Of a stretch of DNA of 64,000 bases, positions 29,434 through 40,849 are shown piece after piece; the stretch's first letter is position 1; each line of letters opens with the position of its first letter. The notes below the pieces were generated by a model, which saw only the letters and a program-made list of their open reading frames with translations, did no database searches and was not told the DNA's origin. This DNA is from Clostridia bacterium (lineage in GTDB: Bacteria > Bacillota > Clostridia > UBA1381 > UMGS1253): the NCBI GenBank assembly GCA_045578865.1, contig JAZNLB010000017.1:24054-88053 (forward strand), read 5' to 3'. The translations under genes and the position numbers were made by a program.

Positions 29434-32400
29434 TTAACCGATTAATTCGCTGTTTCTCGCAAAGGCTGCATCAAACGCATCGCTCATCGCGGTGCTTTCG
29501 CCCTCGGCACGAACATCAATGTCACGGTAGATGCTCATACCGGTACCTGCCGGCACGAGTTTACCGATAATAACATTTTCCTTGAGACCGAGCAGCGGGT
29601 CAACCTTACCTTTGATTGCGGCTTCGGTCAGGACACGGGTGGTCTCCTGGAAGGAAGCGGCAGACAGGAAGGAATCCGTTGCCAAAGATGCCTTGGTGAT
29701 ACCGAGCAGAACAACGCTTGCAGTTGCCTCTGCCTTACCTTCCGCTCTTGCCTTTTCATTGGCAGCTTCCAGCTCGAACATATCAATCAGACTGCCCATC
29801 AGAAGGTCTGTCTGACCTGCATCTTCTACCTTTACCTTACGCATCATCTGACGCGCGATAACTTCGATATGCTTATCGGAAATATCAACACCCTGCAAAC
29901 GATATACTCTCTGTACCTCCTGCGTCAGATAACTCTGAACGGCATCCGCGCCCTTGATTTTGAGAATATCGTGCGGGTTGATGGAACCGGAGGTCAGCGG
30001 TTCGCCCGCTTCAATTTCCTGTCCCTCTGCAACTTTAATTCTTGCATCATACGGAATCACATAGGTCTGCGTTTCCGCAATCGTGTCGTTGGTTACCGTA
30101 ATTTCGCGGCGCTTCTTATTCTCGGAAATGCTTACCTTACCTGCAATTTCGGAAACAATCGCTACGCCCTTCGGCTTTCTTGCTTCAAACAATTCCTCGA
30201 CACGCGGCAGACCCTGCGTAATATCGTCACCGGCAACACCGCCGCTGTGGAATGTACGCATCGTAAGCTGTGTACCAGGCTCACCAATGGACTGCGCTGC
30301 AATGATACCAACGGCTTCACCCACCGGAACCGGATCGCCGGTTGCAAGGTTTGCACCGTAACAGTGTGCACATACACCAACCGGAGCCTTACAGGTAAGA
30401 ATCGAACGGATGCATACCTCGGTCACGCCCGCTGCCAAAATCTTAGCAACTTCATCGTCACCCATGAGTACGCCCTTGTCCACGATAACCTCACCCGTTT
30501 CCGGATGACATACTGCCTCGTGGGTATATCTGCCCAACAGTCTGTCCTTAAGCGGTTCGATTTCTTCTTTGCCGTCTACGATTGCGCTTACAATCATACC
30601 CTTGGTTGTACCGCAGTCTTCCTGACGGATGATAACATCCTGGCTGACATCAACCAAACGACGGGTAAGATAACCGGAGTCAGCCGTACGAAGCGCTGTA
30701 TCGGCAAGACCTTTACGCGCACCGTGCGTAGAAATGAAGTACTCAAGTACATTTAAGCCCTCGCGGAAGTTTGCACGAATCGGAATTTCGACCGCCTTAC
30801 CGGAGGTGTTCGCCATAAGACCACGCATACCTGCAAGCTGACGAATCTGGTTTACGCTACCGCGGGCACCGGAATGCGCCATCATGTAAATCGGGTTGAG
30901 GGCATCAAGGTTATCCATGAGTGCCTTCGTTACCTTATCACTGGTCTCTGTCCATATCTTGATAATCGCTTCATATCTTTCTTCATCGGTAAGTTTACCG
31001 CGACGGTACTGCTTGATAATGTTATCAACTTGCTCTTCTGCTTCTGCAAGGTACTGTTTCTTTTCTTCCGGTACCTTGATGTCGTCTACGCTGACGGTGA
31101 TTGCACCCTGCGTCGAGAACTTAAAGCCGAGCGACTTAATATCGTCAAGCACGGTTGCCGTCTCGGTAAAGCCGTGTACACGGATACATCTGTCGATGAT
31201 AATACCGAGTTGCTTTTTCGTTGCAAGTTTTGTAAATTCAAGTTCAAACGCATTGTCCGGGTTGCTTCTGTCCACAAAACCGAGGTCCTGCGGCAACTTT
31301 TCATTGAAAATAAGTTGACCTACCGTTGCGTTGATTGTCTTGTGTTTCTTTTCGCCGTCGATTTCCTTTTCAACACGCACTTTAATCTTTGCGTGCAGGG
31401 AAATGATGCCGTTTCTGTAAGCCATCAGGGCTTCATCCATGCCGGAAAATACCTTGCCTTCACCCGGTTCGCCGTCCTTTACCAAAGTCAGGTAGTAACT
31501 ACCGAGGACCATATCCTGTGTCGGTACGGTTACCGGTTTACCATCCTGCGGCTTTAACAGGTTGTTTGCAGAAAGCATCAGGAAACGCGCCTCTGCTTGT
31601 GCCTCCGGCGAAAGCGGTACATGCACCGCCATCTGGTCACCGTCAAAGTCGGCATTGTACGCTGTACATACGAGCGGATGAAGTTTTAACGCTCTGCCAT
31701 CCACGAGTACCGGCTCAAATGCCTGAATACCGAGTCTGTGCAGTGTCGGCGCACGGTTTAAGAGCACCGGATGTTCTTTGATTACCTCTTCAAGCACATC
31801 CCAGATTTCCGGACGGAGTCTTTCTACCATACGCTTTGCACTCTTAATGTTATGTGCAAGACCGTCACCTACAAGGCGCTTCATTACAAACGGCTTGAAC
31901 AGTTCGATTGCCATTTCCTTCGGCAAACCGCACTGGTAAAGTTTGAGTTCCGGACCTACGACGATAACCGAACGGCCGGAGTAGTCAACACGCTTACCCA
32001 AAAGGTTCTGACGGAAACGACCCTGCTTACCTTTAAGCATATCGGAAAGCGATTTAAGCGCTCGGTTGCCCGGACCCGTTACCGGACGGCCTCTGCGACC
32101 GTTATCGATAAGTGCATCTACGGCTTCCTGAAGCATTCTTTTCTCGTTTCTTACAATAATGTCCGGTGCGTGCAGATCCAACAAACGCTTTAAGCGATTG
32201 TTTCTGTTGATAACACGGCGGTACAAATCATTTAAGTCACTCGTTGCAAAACGACCACCGTCGAGCTGTACCATCGGGCGCAGCTCCGGCGGAATTACCG
32301 GAACGGCATCCATAATCATCCATTCCGGCTTGTTGCCGGAAAGACGAAATGCTTCTACAGCTTCCAAACGCTTTGCAATACGAATTTTCTTTTGGCCTTG

Positions 32401-32994
32401 TGCAGTTTCGAGTTCCTCTTTGAGCTGAACGGAAAGTTCTTCGAGGTCGATTTTTTGCAAAAGTTCTTTTACAGCTTCCGCACCCATACCTGCCTTAAAG
32501 CTATCACCGTACTTTTCTACGCATTCTCTGTAGTCCTTTTCGGAAAGAATAGACTTTTCAAGAAGCCCTGTTTCGCCCGCTTCAATGACAACATATGCTG
32601 CAAAGTAAAGCACCTGCTCCAATACCTTTGGAGACATATCCAGCATCAGGCCCATACGGGACGGGATGCCCTTAAAGTACCAGATGTGCGATACCGGTGT
32701 AGCCAACTCAATGTGACCCATTCTTTCACGGCGCACCTTGGAGCGAGTTACCTCAACACCGCACTTGTCGCATACGATACCCTTATAACGAATCTTCTTA
32801 TATTTACCGCAGTGACATTCCCAGTCACGCTGAGGTCCGAAGATCTTTTCACAAAACAGACCATCGCGCTCCGGTTTTAATGTTCTGTAGTTGATTGTTT
32901 CCGGCTTTTTCACTTCACCGTAAGACCATTCTCTGATTTTCTCCGGCGAGGCCAAGCCAATTTTTATCGCTTCAAATGTTGTAAATTCCAACAC
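29434..32994 (-). CDS. rpoC: DNA-directed RNA polymerase beta' subunit
   Basis: 1186 aa. It has the zinc-binding [23 protein letters not shown] and the catalytic NADFDGDQM motif. Confidence 0.97.
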   Translation of the reverse strand: MLEFTTFEAIKIGLASPEKIREWSYGEVKKPETINYRTLKPERDGLFCEKIFGPQRDWECHCGKYKKIRYKGIVCDKCGVEVTRSKVRRERMGHIELATPVSHIWYFKGIPSRMGLMLDMSPKVLEQVLYFAAYVVIEAGETGLLEKSILSEKDYRECVEKYGDSFKAGMGAEAVKELLQKIDLEELSVQLKEELETAQGQKKIRIAKRLEAVEAFRLSGNKPEWMIMDAVPVIPPELRPMVQLDGGRFATSDLNDLYRRVINRNNRLKRLLDLHAPDIIVRNEKRMLQEAVDALIDNGRRGRPVTGPGNRALKSLSDMLKGKQGRFRQNLLGKRVDYSGRSVIVVGPELKLYQCGLPKEMAIELFKPFVMKRLVGDGLAHNIKSAKRMVERLRPEIWDVLEEVIKEHPVLLNRAPTLHRLGIQAFEPVLVDGRALKLHPLVCTAYNADFDGDQMAVHVPLSPEAQAEARFLMLSANNLLKPQDGKPVTVPTQDMVLGSYYLTLVKDGEPGEGKVFSGMDEALMAYRNGIISLHAKIKVRVEKEIDGEKKHKTINATVGQLIFNEKLPQDLGFVDRSNPDNAFELEFTKLATKKQLGIIIDRCIRVHGFTETATVLDDIKSLGFKFSTQGAITVSVDDIKVPEEKKQYLAEAEEQVDNIIKQYRRGKLTDEERYEAIIKIWTETSDKVTKALMDNLDALNPIYMMAHSGARGSVNQIRQLAGMRGLMANTSGKAVEIPIRANFREGLNVLEYFISTHGARKGLADTALRTADSGYLTRRLVDVSQDVIIRQEDCGTTKGMIVSAIVDGKEEIEPLKDRLLGRYTHEAVCHPETGEVIVDKGVLMGDDEVAKILAAGVTEVCIRSILTCKAPVGVCAHCYGANLATGDPVPVGEAVGIIAAQSIGEPGTQLTMRTFHSGGVAGDDITQGLPRVEELFEARKPKGVAIVSEIAGKVSISENKKRREITVTNDTIAETQTYVIPYDARIKVAEGQEIEAGEPLTSGSINPHDILKIKGADAVQSYLTQEVQRVYRLQGVDISDKHIEVIARQMMRKVKVEDAGQTDLLMGSLIDMFELEAANEKARAEGKAEATASVVLLGITKASLATDSFLSAASFQETTRVLTEAAIKGKVDPLLGLKENVIIGKLVPAGTGMSIYRDIDVRAEGESTAMSDAFDAAFARNSELIG

Positions 32995-33047
32995 AAAAAC
33001 CTCCTTAACAAAATTTGGATTTCATTTAGCAAATGGACTGCAAATTT

Positions 33048-36000
33048 TTAATTGTCATCATCTGCGAGCGCGTCTAAGTCTTCAACGATATCATCGTCAA
33101 ATTCTTCTACCGGCTCCGACTCGAGAACATCATCATCGAGGTCGTCTAATAAATCCAAATCGTCATCGTCTAAATCGAGCGGGCTTACACCATCATCGTC
33201 TGCTTCTTCAAACTCAAATGCTGCTTCTTCGTCTAAGTCTGCGCTCTCCGAATTGTATGCGGAAGAAGAAGCCGCATTCGGATTTGCACTGTCCTCATTG
33301 CCCTCGATATTAACGGAGAGCGGCGCTACGCCGTCTTCATCATCGGAGTACTGTCCAAGGTCAACTTCATTGCCGTCTCTGTCCAATACATTGACATCGA
33401 GTGCAAGGCTCTGCAACTCCTTGATGAGCACCTTAAAGGATTCCGGAATGCCCGGCTCCGGCACATTTTCGCCCTTGACAATCGATTCGTAAGTCTTAAC
33501 GCGGCCGACAACATCGTCCGACTTCACGGTCAGGATTTCCTGAAGCGTGTATGCCGCACCGTATGCTTCGAGCGCCCAAACTTCCATTTCACCGAATCTC
33601 TGACCGCCGAACTGTGCTTTACCGCCGAGCGGCTGCTGCGTTACAAGCGAGTACGGACCGGTGGAACGGGCATGAATCTTATCGTCTACCAAGTGATGAA
33701 GTTTCAAATAATACATATAGCCAACCGTTACGCGGTTGTCAAACGGTTCACCCGTACGGCCATCATAAAGCACGGTCTTACCATCAGCATCATAACCTGC
33801 ATCAATGAGGCACTTGCGGATATCTTCCTCGTTTGCACCGTCAAATACAGGTGTTGCAATCTTCGAGCCAAGTTGCTTTGCCGCATAACCCAAATGCACT
33901 TCAAGCACCTGACCAATGTTCATACGCGAAGGTACGCCGAGCGGATTTAATACGATATCGAGCGGTGTACCATCCGGCAAGAACGGCATATCCTCTTCCG
34001 GAAGAATACGGGAAATAACACCCTTATTACCATGACGACCTGCCATCTTGTCACCGACAGAGATCTTTCTTCTCTGTGCAATGTAGCAACGCACGAGTTC
34101 ATTTACACCCGGCGGCAATTCGTCGCAGTTATCACGGGTAAATACCTTAACATCTACAATGATACCTGCCTCACCATGCGGTACACGCAAAGAGGTATCA
34201 CGAACTTCTCTTGCTTTTTCGCCGAAAATAGCACGAAGAAGTCTCTCCTCCGCCGTCAGTTCGGTTTCACCCTTCGGTGTAACCTTGCCGACCAAAATAT
34301 CTCCGGCGCGCACCTCTGCACCGATACGAATGATACCACGCTCATCCAGGTCGCGGAGTGCATCTTCGCCGACATTCGGGATGTCGCGTGTGATTTCTTC
34401 CGGTCCGAGTTTTGTATCTCTTGCATCTGCTTCATACTCTTCAATATGAATAGATGTGTATACATCTTCTCTTACCAATCTTTCATTTAAGAGAACAGCA
34501 TCCTCGTAGTTGTAACCTTCCCAAGTCATAAAGCCGATGAGGGCATTCTTACCTAAGGAAATTTCACCGTTGGATGTGGACGGACCGTCCGCAATAATAT
34601 CGCCCTTCTTCACCTTTTCGCCTTCACAAACAATCGGGCGTTGGTTGATACAAGTACCCTGATTGGAACGCAGGAATTTGAGCAGTTTGTGGCGTTCAAG
34701 TTCGCCGTCTTTTGTCTTGATAACAATTTCCTGTGCGCTAACCTTTTCAACAACACCATCGTTGTTTGCAAGTACAACTACACCGGAATCCTTGGCAGCC
34801 TTGTACTCCATACCCGTGCCGACAATCGGGGACTCGGTACGGATTAAAGGCACAGCCTGACGCTGCATGTTCGAACCCATGAGCGCACGGTTCGCGTCGT
34901 CGTTTTCCAAAAACGGTATCATCGATGTCGCAATAGATACGAGCTGTCTCGGGGATACATCCATGTAATCGATTTCGGACGCAGATACTTCTACGAAGTC
35001 GTGCAAATATCTTGCTGTAATCTTTTTATCAACAAACTTGCCGTTTTCATCCAGCGGCTCGTTTGCCTGTGCGATAACTAACCCATCCTCCATATCCGCA
35101 GTCATGTAAACAACTTCATCGGATACTACGCCGGTCTTCTTGTCTACATAGCGATACGGCGACTCAATAAAGCCATACTCGTTGATGCGTGCAAACGAAG
35201 ACAGCGAAGAAATAAGACCGATATTCGGACCTTCCGGGGACTCAATCGGACACATACGACCATAGTGCGTATAGTGTACGTCACGCACTTCGAAGCCCGC
35301 TCTTTCTCTGGAAAGACCGCCCGGACCGAGCGCAGAAAGTCTTCTTTTATGTGTCAGTTCAGCAAGCGGATTTGTCTGGTCCATAAACTGGGACAACTGG
35401 GAAGAACCGAAGAACTCTTTAATCGTAGACGATACCGGACGGATATTGATAAGCGTCTGCGGCGTCACAACATCCAGATCCTGAATGTTCATACGCTCAC
35501 GAACCACTCTCTCCATTCTGGAAAGACCGATTCTGAACTGATTTTGCAAAAGTTCACCTACACAACGCAGACGACGGTTGCCCAAGTGGTCGATATCATC
35601 GAGACCGCCGATGCCGTTGCAAAGGTTGTTAAAATAGTTGATAGATGCAAACATATCATCTACCAAAATATGCTTCGGCATAAGCTCTGCGCGGCGTGCA
35701 ACAAGCGCTTCTTCCATCGCCTTCTTGTCTTTTGCCTTGCCTTCTGCTTCCAAAGCAGCAAAAATCTCATCGAGTACCGGCTTGTAAACTGTCGTATGGA
35801 AACCGAGATTTTTAAGATAACCTTCGTTATCCTTCTTGTCGAGTTTCACATAATTTCCGAGTTTTACCATGTTGTTGCCAAATACAACAACCTGCTTGCC
35901 GTCCAAATCGAGGATAACGCGGTTTACACCCGCATCTTCGATAGCCAATGCAGTCTCGCCGCTCAGCACATCGCCTGCACTTGCCAAAAGTTCGCCATCT

Positions 36001-36890
36001 TCACTGACAACATTTTCAGCAAGCCTCTGTCCCTTGATACGCTTTGCAAGCGCAACCTTCTGGTTGAACTTGAAACGACCGACTTTTGCCAAATCGTAAC
36101 GCTTCGGGTCAAAAAACATATTCATAATCAGCGATGTAGCACTCTCAACATTTGCCGGTTCGCCCGGACGCAGTTTCTTATAAATTTCAATAAGCGCTTC
36201 CTCTTTGTTGGTTACATCCTTTTCCATCGTAACCTTCAATCGCTCATCGTCGCCGAAAAGTTCTAAAATCTGGGTGTTGGTTTCCAGCCCCATTGCGCGC
36301 AAAAGTGTGGTTACCGGCAATTTTCTCGTTCTGTCAATACGAACGGAGAATACATCATTTACATCAATGTCATACTCAAGCCATGCACCGCGGTACGGAA
36401 TAATCGTGGAGTTAAAAAGCTCCTTACCGGACTTATCATGTTCCATGCCGTAATACATGCCTGGAGAACGAACAAGCTGGCTGACAACGACGCGCTCTGC
36501 ACCATTGATAATAAATGTGCCCTGATCGGTCATGAGCGGAAACTCACCCATATAGATGTCCTGCTCTTTTACTTCGCCCGTTTCCTTGTTAATCAGGCGA
36601 ACTTTTACACGAAGCGGCGCGGAATAGTTGGTATCGCGCTCCTTGCACTCCTCTACGGAGTACTTCGGTGTGGGATCGAGGGTATAGTCGATAAATTCAA
36701 GCACCAGATTTCCGGTATAATCGGTAATCGGGGAAACATCCTCAAAGACTTCCTTGAGGCCCTCTGCAAAGAACCAGTCATACGAATTTTTCTGAATCTC
36801 AATTAGATTCGGCATTTCGATCGGCTCTTTGATTTTTGAAAAACTCATGCGTTTGTTTTTACCAAGAGTTATTTCATGTGGCATCTGCAT
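33048..36890 (-). CDS. rpoB: DNA-directed RNA polymerase beta subunit with an extended acidic C-terminal tail
   Basis: 1280 aa with conserved beta-subunit blocks throughout. The start may be the second ATG at 36884. Confidence 0.97.
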   Translation of the reverse strand: MQMPHEITLGKNKRMSFSKIKEPIEMPNLIEIQKNSYDWFFAEGLKEVFEDVSPITDYTGNLVLEFIDYTLDPTPKYSVEECKERDTNYSAPLRVKVRLINKETGEVKEQDIYMGEFPLMTDQGTFIINGAERVVVSQLVRSPGMYYGMEHDKSGKELFNSTIIPYRGAWLEYDIDVNDVFSVRIDRTRKLPVTTLLRAMGLETNTQILELFGDDERLKVTMEKDVTNKEEALIEIYKKLRPGEPANVESATSLIMNMFFDPKRYDLAKVGRFKFNQKVALAKRIKGQRLAENVVSEDGELLASAGDVLSGETALAIEDAGVNRVILDLDGKQVVVFGNNMVKLGNYVKLDKKDNEGYLKNLGFHTTVYKPVLDEIFAALEAEGKAKDKKAMEEALVARRAELMPKHILVDDMFASINYFNNLCNGIGGLDDIDHLGNRRLRCVGELLQNQFRIGLSRMERVVRERMNIQDLDVVTPQTLINIRPVSSTIKEFFGSSQLSQFMDQTNPLAELTHKRRLSALGPGGLSRERAGFEVRDVHYTHYGRMCPIESPEGPNIGLISSLSSFARINEYGFIESPYRYVDKKTGVVSDEVVYMTADMEDGLVIAQANEPLDENGKFVDKKITARYLHDFVEVSASEIDYMDVSPRQLVSIATSMIPFLENDDANRALMGSNMQRQAVPLIRTESPIVGTGMEYKAAKDSGVVVLANNDGVVEKVSAQEIVIKTKDGELERHKLLKFLRSNQGTCINQRPIVCEGEKVKKGDIIADGPSTSNGEISLGKNALIGFMTWEGYNYEDAVLLNERLVREDVYTSIHIEEYEADARDTKLGPEEITRDIPNVGEDALRDLDERGIIRIGAEVRAGDILVGKVTPKGETELTAEERLLRAIFGEKAREVRDTSLRVPHGEAGIIVDVKVFTRDNCDELPPGVNELVRCYIAQRRKISVGDKMAGRHGNKGVISRILPEEDMPFLPDGTPLDIVLNPLGVPSRMNIGQVLEVHLGYAAKQLGSKIATPVFDGANEEDIRKCLIDAGYDADGKTVLYDGRTGEPFDNRVTVGYMYYLKLHHLVDDKIHARSTGPYSLVTQQPLGGKAQFGGQRFGEMEVWALEAYGAAYTLQEILTVKSDDVVGRVKTYESIVKGENVPEPGIPESFKVLIKELQSLALDVNVLDRDGNEVDLGQYSDDEDGVAPLSVNIEGNEDSANPNAASSSAYNSESADLDEEAAFEFEEADDDGVSPLDLDDDDLDLLDDLDDDVLESEPVEEFDDDIVEDLDALADDDN

Positions 36891-37138
36891 ATCACCTCAT
36901 CGTAAATTTTTGCAGAAATTTTGCCTAAATAGAACAGAAAGGCAATTTGCCTGCTTAATCGCGCGGGCTCGTCTGTCAGGAGTGAAAGGGGCCTGAGCTC
37001 AGCTTCCGTCGCAAATCGCAGACACACAACCAACCGCGCATCTGCGAACCGCGCCGTCGGAGTGCTTTGCTTTCACAATTTACAAATTTCGCTTAGAAAA
37101 ACACAACATTTTGTGGAAAAAATTTTTTCACATACTAC

Positions 37139-37167
37139 TTGCATTTTTCTGTTTGCTGTGTTATAAT
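37139..37167 (+). promoter_or_regulatory. Sigma-A promoter TTGCAT-17 nt-TATAAT with a TG extension
   Basis: ttgcat ttttctgtttgctgtgt tataat. An A6T6 tract immediately upstream could act as an UP element. Confidence 0.6.
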
Positions 37168-37230
37168 GCAAACAAGCTGAAAAGTCCAAGGGGCATTTTT
37201 CGCTCATTTTACCTTATAATACAACATATG

Positions 37231-37259
37231 ATTATATAATAAACAAATGGCGAAGTCAA
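37231..37259 (-). promoter_or_regulatory. Sigma-A promoter TTGACT-17 nt-TATAAT (minus strand), candidate rpoB promoter
   Basis: The reverse complement reads ttgact tcgccatttgtttatta tataat. It would give a 5' UTR of about 335 nt before rpoB. Confidence 0.6.
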
Positions 37260-37300
37260 GGGGTTTTCTAAAATTTTTTCCTTGACTTTTTTATGTTTTT
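37253..37300 (+). terminator. Terminator-like hairpin in the leader of the HAD gene
   Basis: aagtcaagg-N18-ccttgactt (9 bp) is followed by TTTTATGTTTTT. It lies 17 nt before the GGAGGGG RBS of the HAD gene. Confidence 0.45.
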
Positions 37301-37316
37301 CCGGAGGGGTTAGTAA

Positions 37317-37964
37317 ATGAACAAAGCAATTATTTTTGATCTGGATGGCACGCTTTCCAACACCATTGATACCATCGCCTACTTTTGCAATCTGACACTC
37401 GAACATTTCGGATTTGAACCGATTGAAACAGAGAAATATAAATACCTTGTCGGCGACGGTGCCAAGGTGCTCGTTGAGCGCATGCTCAAAACCACCGGCG
37501 CACCGGCAGAAAAGTTTGACGAGGTCTTTCCTTTCTATGTAGAAGCATACGACAAGGATTTTATGTTTTTAACCCGTCCGTATGACGGCATCACCCAGAT
37601 GCTTGATACGCTCAAAACAAAAGGCATCAAAACGGCGGTGCTGACCAATAAACCCCACGCAACCGCCTGCAAGATTATCGAGGACTTGTTTGGCGACCGC
37701 ATCTTGTTGTGCCGCGGCGTAAAAGATGATGGGGTTTGTAAGCCGGCACCGGACGGGGTATATGAAATTTTGGAAACCTTCGGCTTGGACAAAGACGATG
37801 TTCTCTATGTCGGTGATAGCGGCACGGATATGCAAACCGGAAAAAACGCCGGCCTGTTTACCATCGGTGTAAGCTGGGGTTTTCGTAAAAGAGATGAATT
37901 GGAAGAAAACGGCGCCGACGCCATCATTGACAAACCGGCAGAGTTGCTTAATTTTGTTAAATAA
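37317..37964 (+). CDS. HAD-IA family hydrolase (phosphoglycolate phosphatase/PpaX-like)
   Basis: The FDLDGTL, LTNK and GDSGTDMQTGKNAG motifs are present. Confidence 0.85.
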   Translation: MNKAIIFDLDGTLSNTIDTIAYFCNLTLEHFGFEPIETEKYKYLVGDGAKVLVERMLKTTGAPAEKFDEVFPFYVEAYDKDFMFLTRPYDGITQMLDTLKTKGIKTAVLTNKPHATACKIIEDLFGDRILLCRGVKDDGVCKPAPDGVYEILETFGLDKDDVLYVGDSGTDMQTGKNAGLFTIGVSWGFRKRDELEENGADAIIDKPAELLNFVK

Positions 37965-38106
37965 GATAAGCCTCCGCCAAAAATATACGGACGGTAGTAT
38001 CCGCACTAAAAAAACAGACAGCACCATCGTATATTTGAATGAAGAATTGTGTGACGATGCGTTGAATACTATGCAAAGGCAAGCAAAAATTCCAACAAAT
38101 AATACC

Positions 38107-38139
38107 AAAAGCGAAGTCAATTTTTTTGACTTCGCTTTT
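38107..38139. terminator. Bidirectional terminator
   Basis: aaaagcgaagtcaa-ttttt-ttgacttcgctttt forms a 14-bp stem, 3 nt from the hydF stop. Confidence 0.8.
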
Positions 38140-38142
38140 GAT

Positions 38143-39339
38143 TTAATCCAACAACCTTTCTATCTCTGCCATCAGCGCAAGCGAGCGCTTTAAGATGCCG
38201 TGCATATATGCAATCGCCGTACCGTAATTGGTAAACGGTACGCCCATATCTTCGGCGCACTTTCGTCTGTAAGTTACTTCGCGTTCATTTAGCATACATC
38301 CGCCACAATGAATGACGAGTGCATATTTGGACAAATCCTCCGGAAAAGACATGCCCGAAGAGGTTTCAATATTTAAATTTGCTCCTGTCGTCTTTTTTAG
38401 CCACGCCGGTAGTTTCACCGATCCGATGTCGCCGCACTGTCTATGATGCGTGCACCCCTCCGAAATCAAAACAGTGTCTCCGTCTTTTAATTTTCCGATG
38501 GCTGCCGCGCCACGCACCGCCGTTTCCAAAAAACCTTTATATCTTGCCATCAAAATGGAAAAAGAAGTCAATTTCACCGACGGCGATACAATCTTGCTTA
38601 CAAAATCGAACACCTGCGAATCCGTCACCACCAACGCAGGCGGCGCAGACAGTTTCAAAAGGGCTTGCTCCAATTCGGTTTCTTTGCATACCACCGCAAT
38701 CGCGCCCGCATCTAAAATATCACGAATCGCCATCTGCTGCGGTAGGATGAGCCTGCCTTTCGGCGCAGAGGCATCTATGGGCGTAACCAACACTACCACA
38801 TCACCCGAACGGATAAAATCCGCCACCAAAGATTTATGTGGCGCATCGGTTTTAAGAATGGTCGCTAAGCGGTTTTTCAGCTCTTCCGTATTTTCTTTTT
38901 TGAGCGCACTGACACAAATTTCATTTTCCGCACAAACCCGCACGGCAAGGTCTGTTTTGTTATACACCGTCAGATACGGAATGTTTTTTTCTTCAAACAG
39001 CGAAATCAACTGCACATCCGCTTTAGTTTTTCCCTCAGTAGCATCGACCACCAGCACCGCGATATCCACACGATTTAAAACCTGCTTGGTTTTTTGTATA
39101 CGCTTTTCGCCCAAGACTCCCGCATCGTCAAAGCCCGGCGTATCAATAATAACCACCGGACCGAGCGGCAAAAGCTCCATCGCCTTGGACACAGGGTCCG
39201 TAGTTGTTCCTTTCACTTCGGACACTACGGAAAGCTCCTGATTGGTAATGGCATTCACGAGACTCGACTTGCCTGCATTCGTTCTGCCAAAAAATCCGAT
39301 ATGCACTCTCTCGCCCGAAGGCGTACTTTGTAAACTCAT
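38143..39339 (-). CDS. hydF: [FeFe] hydrogenase H-cluster maturation GTPase HydF
   Basis: The GTPase motifs are GRTNAGKSSLVN and DTPG. The C-terminal cluster motif is CTHHRQC...HCGGC. Confidence 0.9.
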   Translation of the reverse strand: MSLQSTPSGERVHIGFFGRTNAGKSSLVNAITNQELSVVSEVKGTTTDPVSKAMELLPLGPVVIIDTPGFDDAGVLGEKRIQKTKQVLNRVDIAVLVVDATEGKTKADVQLISLFEEKNIPYLTVYNKTDLAVRVCAENEICVSALKKENTEELKNRLATILKTDAPHKSLVADFIRSGDVVVLVTPIDASAPKGRLILPQQMAIRDILDAGAIAVVCKETELEQALLKLSAPPALVVTDSQVFDFVSKIVSPSVKLTSFSILMARYKGFLETAVRGAAAIGKLKDGDTVLISEGCTHHRQCGDIGSVKLPAWLKKTTGANLNIETSSGMSFPEDLSKYALVIHCGGCMLNEREVTYRRKCAEDMGVPFTNYGTAIAYMHGILKRSLALMAEIERLLD

Positions 39340-39351
39340 AAAACCGCCTCC

Positions 39352-40770
39352 CTAAAAGCGGAAATCTCTGCTTCCGTTTTTGATTTTTTCCAGATTGGTG
39401 ATGGCAATCTCTCGAACCTTATCGCTCGCAACATTATGGATTTCTTTCGCAATCAACGCTTCGCCGATTTTTTTAGTTTCATCACTTGCATAGTCCTGCA
39501 AATATTCCATCAGCGTCATCAGCGCATTCGGATGACAACAATTTTGAATCTGCCCGTCTTTAAGCAAGGTCATAAAACGGTCGCCCGTTCTGCCCTCACG
39601 ATAACAAGCCGTACAGAAACTCGGAATATATCCAATCTCCATCAGCCAGCGCACAACTTCGTCTAGTGTACGCTTGTCGCTGACATCAAACTGTTCGGAG
39701 TTTTCATCCTCCGGCTCCGGCTCACAATAACCGCCCACACTGGTACGGGATGCACCGCTGATTTGCGAAACGCCGAGGCGGATTACTTTTTCCCGCACTT
39801 CTTTGCTTTCGCGCGTGGAAATAATCATACCCGTATACGGGACACTTATACGGATAAGCGCACACAACTTTGCAAAAATCTCATCGCTAATACCATTGTC
39901 AAACTGTGTCGGGTCGATATCGTCCGCCTTTTTAAGCCTCGGTACGCTGATGGTGTGCGGTCCTACACCATGCACAGCCTCCAGATGTTCGGCGTGCATC
40001 AAAAGACCTGCAAACTCGTACTTATATAATTCCAGACCGAACAGAACACCAAGACCAACATCGTCAATTCCGCCCTGCATTGCACGATCCATCGCCTCGG
40101 TATGATATGCATAATCGTGCTTCGGTCCCGTCGGATGCAGTTGTTCGTAACTTTCTTTGTGATATGTTTCCTGAAACAATATATATGTGCCGATTCCCGC
40201 TTGCTTTAACTTGCGGTAGTTTTCCACCGTAGTCGCCGCAATATTGACATTCACACGGCGAATTGCACCATTTTTATGCTGGATGGAATATATCGTTTTG
40301 ATGCTCTCTAAAATATATTCAATCGGATTGTTCACCGGGTCTTCTCCGGCCTCAATCGCCAGGCGTTTGTGCCCCATATCCTGTAGGGCAATGACCTCAC
40401 GGCGCACTTCCTCCTGCGTAAGTTTTTTTCTGGCTATGTGCTTGTTTTTTAAGTGATACGGACAGTACACACAGCCGTTCACACAGTAATTGGACAGATA
40501 CAGCGGCGCAAACATAACGATTCGGTTGCCATAAAAATCCTTTTTAATCTGTTCCGCCAAATCGTAAATTCTACGGATACGGCTCTCATCCTCACACGCC
40601 AGAAGCACACTCGCTTCCTCGTGCGTAAGTCCCTTTCTTTGTTCTGCCTTGGCAATAATTTTATCTACCAACTCTAAATTGTCTTTGTTTTCTTCCGCAT
40701 ACGCAAGTGTACGCAAAATTTCCTCATGGGAAATAAACTCTTCCGCTTTTAATGATTTCGGATTATACAT
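39352..40770 (-). CDS. hydG: [FeFe] hydrogenase H-cluster radical SAM maturase HydG
   Basis: The radical SAM motif is CVNGCVYCPY. The C-terminal motif is CTACYR..GRTGDRFM; 472 aa. Confidence 0.9.
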   Translation of the reverse strand: MYNPKSLKAEEFISHEEILRTLAYAEENKDNLELVDKIIAKAEQRKGLTHEEASVLLACEDESRIRRIYDLAEQIKKDFYGNRIVMFAPLYLSNYCVNGCVYCPYHLKNKHIARKKLTQEEVRREVIALQDMGHKRLAIEAGEDPVNNPIEYILESIKTIYSIQHKNGAIRRVNVNIAATTVENYRKLKQAGIGTYILFQETYHKESYEQLHPTGPKHDYAYHTEAMDRAMQGGIDDVGLGVLFGLELYKYEFAGLLMHAEHLEAVHGVGPHTISVPRLKKADDIDPTQFDNGISDEIFAKLCALIRISVPYTGMIISTRESKEVREKVIRLGVSQISGASRTSVGGYCEPEPEDENSEQFDVSDKRTLDEVVRWLMEIGYIPSFCTACYREGRTGDRFMTLLKDGQIQNCCHPNALMTLMEYLQDYASDETKKIGEALIAKEIHNVASDKVREIAITNLEKIKNGSRDFRF

Positions 40771-40849
40771 TTCTATTCCTCCTTAGTCCCTATACTTGCT
40801 AAATTAGCGCCCTTTGTCATTGTCGTTCTCGCAAGACTGTCGTATTCGC

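Noticed and set aside
33052-33492. 146-aa Ser-rich ORF on the plus strand.
   Set aside because: It is the mirror image of the GAT/GAC/GAA-rich codons encoding the acidic RpoB tail, not an independent gene.
36961-37075. GC-rich patch as a tRNA, SRP RNA or other housekeeping RNA gene.
   Set aside because: There is no T-loop (GGTTCGAAT-like) or cloverleaf. It has only a superficial resemblance to the SRP domain IV motif (GUCAGG...), without the AGGAAGCAGC core.
37569-38120. 183-aa minus-strand ORF and the 37894-38193 plus-strand ORF around the HAD gene 3' end.
   Set aside because: The first is mostly antisense to the well-supported HAD gene. The second reads through a strong bidirectional terminator into hydF. 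Neither has an RBS.
37249-38137. Shared 10-mer GCGAAGTCAA in hairpins on both sides of the HAD gene (37250-37259 and 38111-38120), suggesting a mobile cassette.
   Set aside because: A single 10-mer match has an appreciable chance expectation in 128 kb of two-strand sequence. The rest of the hairpins differ, and the HAD gene has normal composition.
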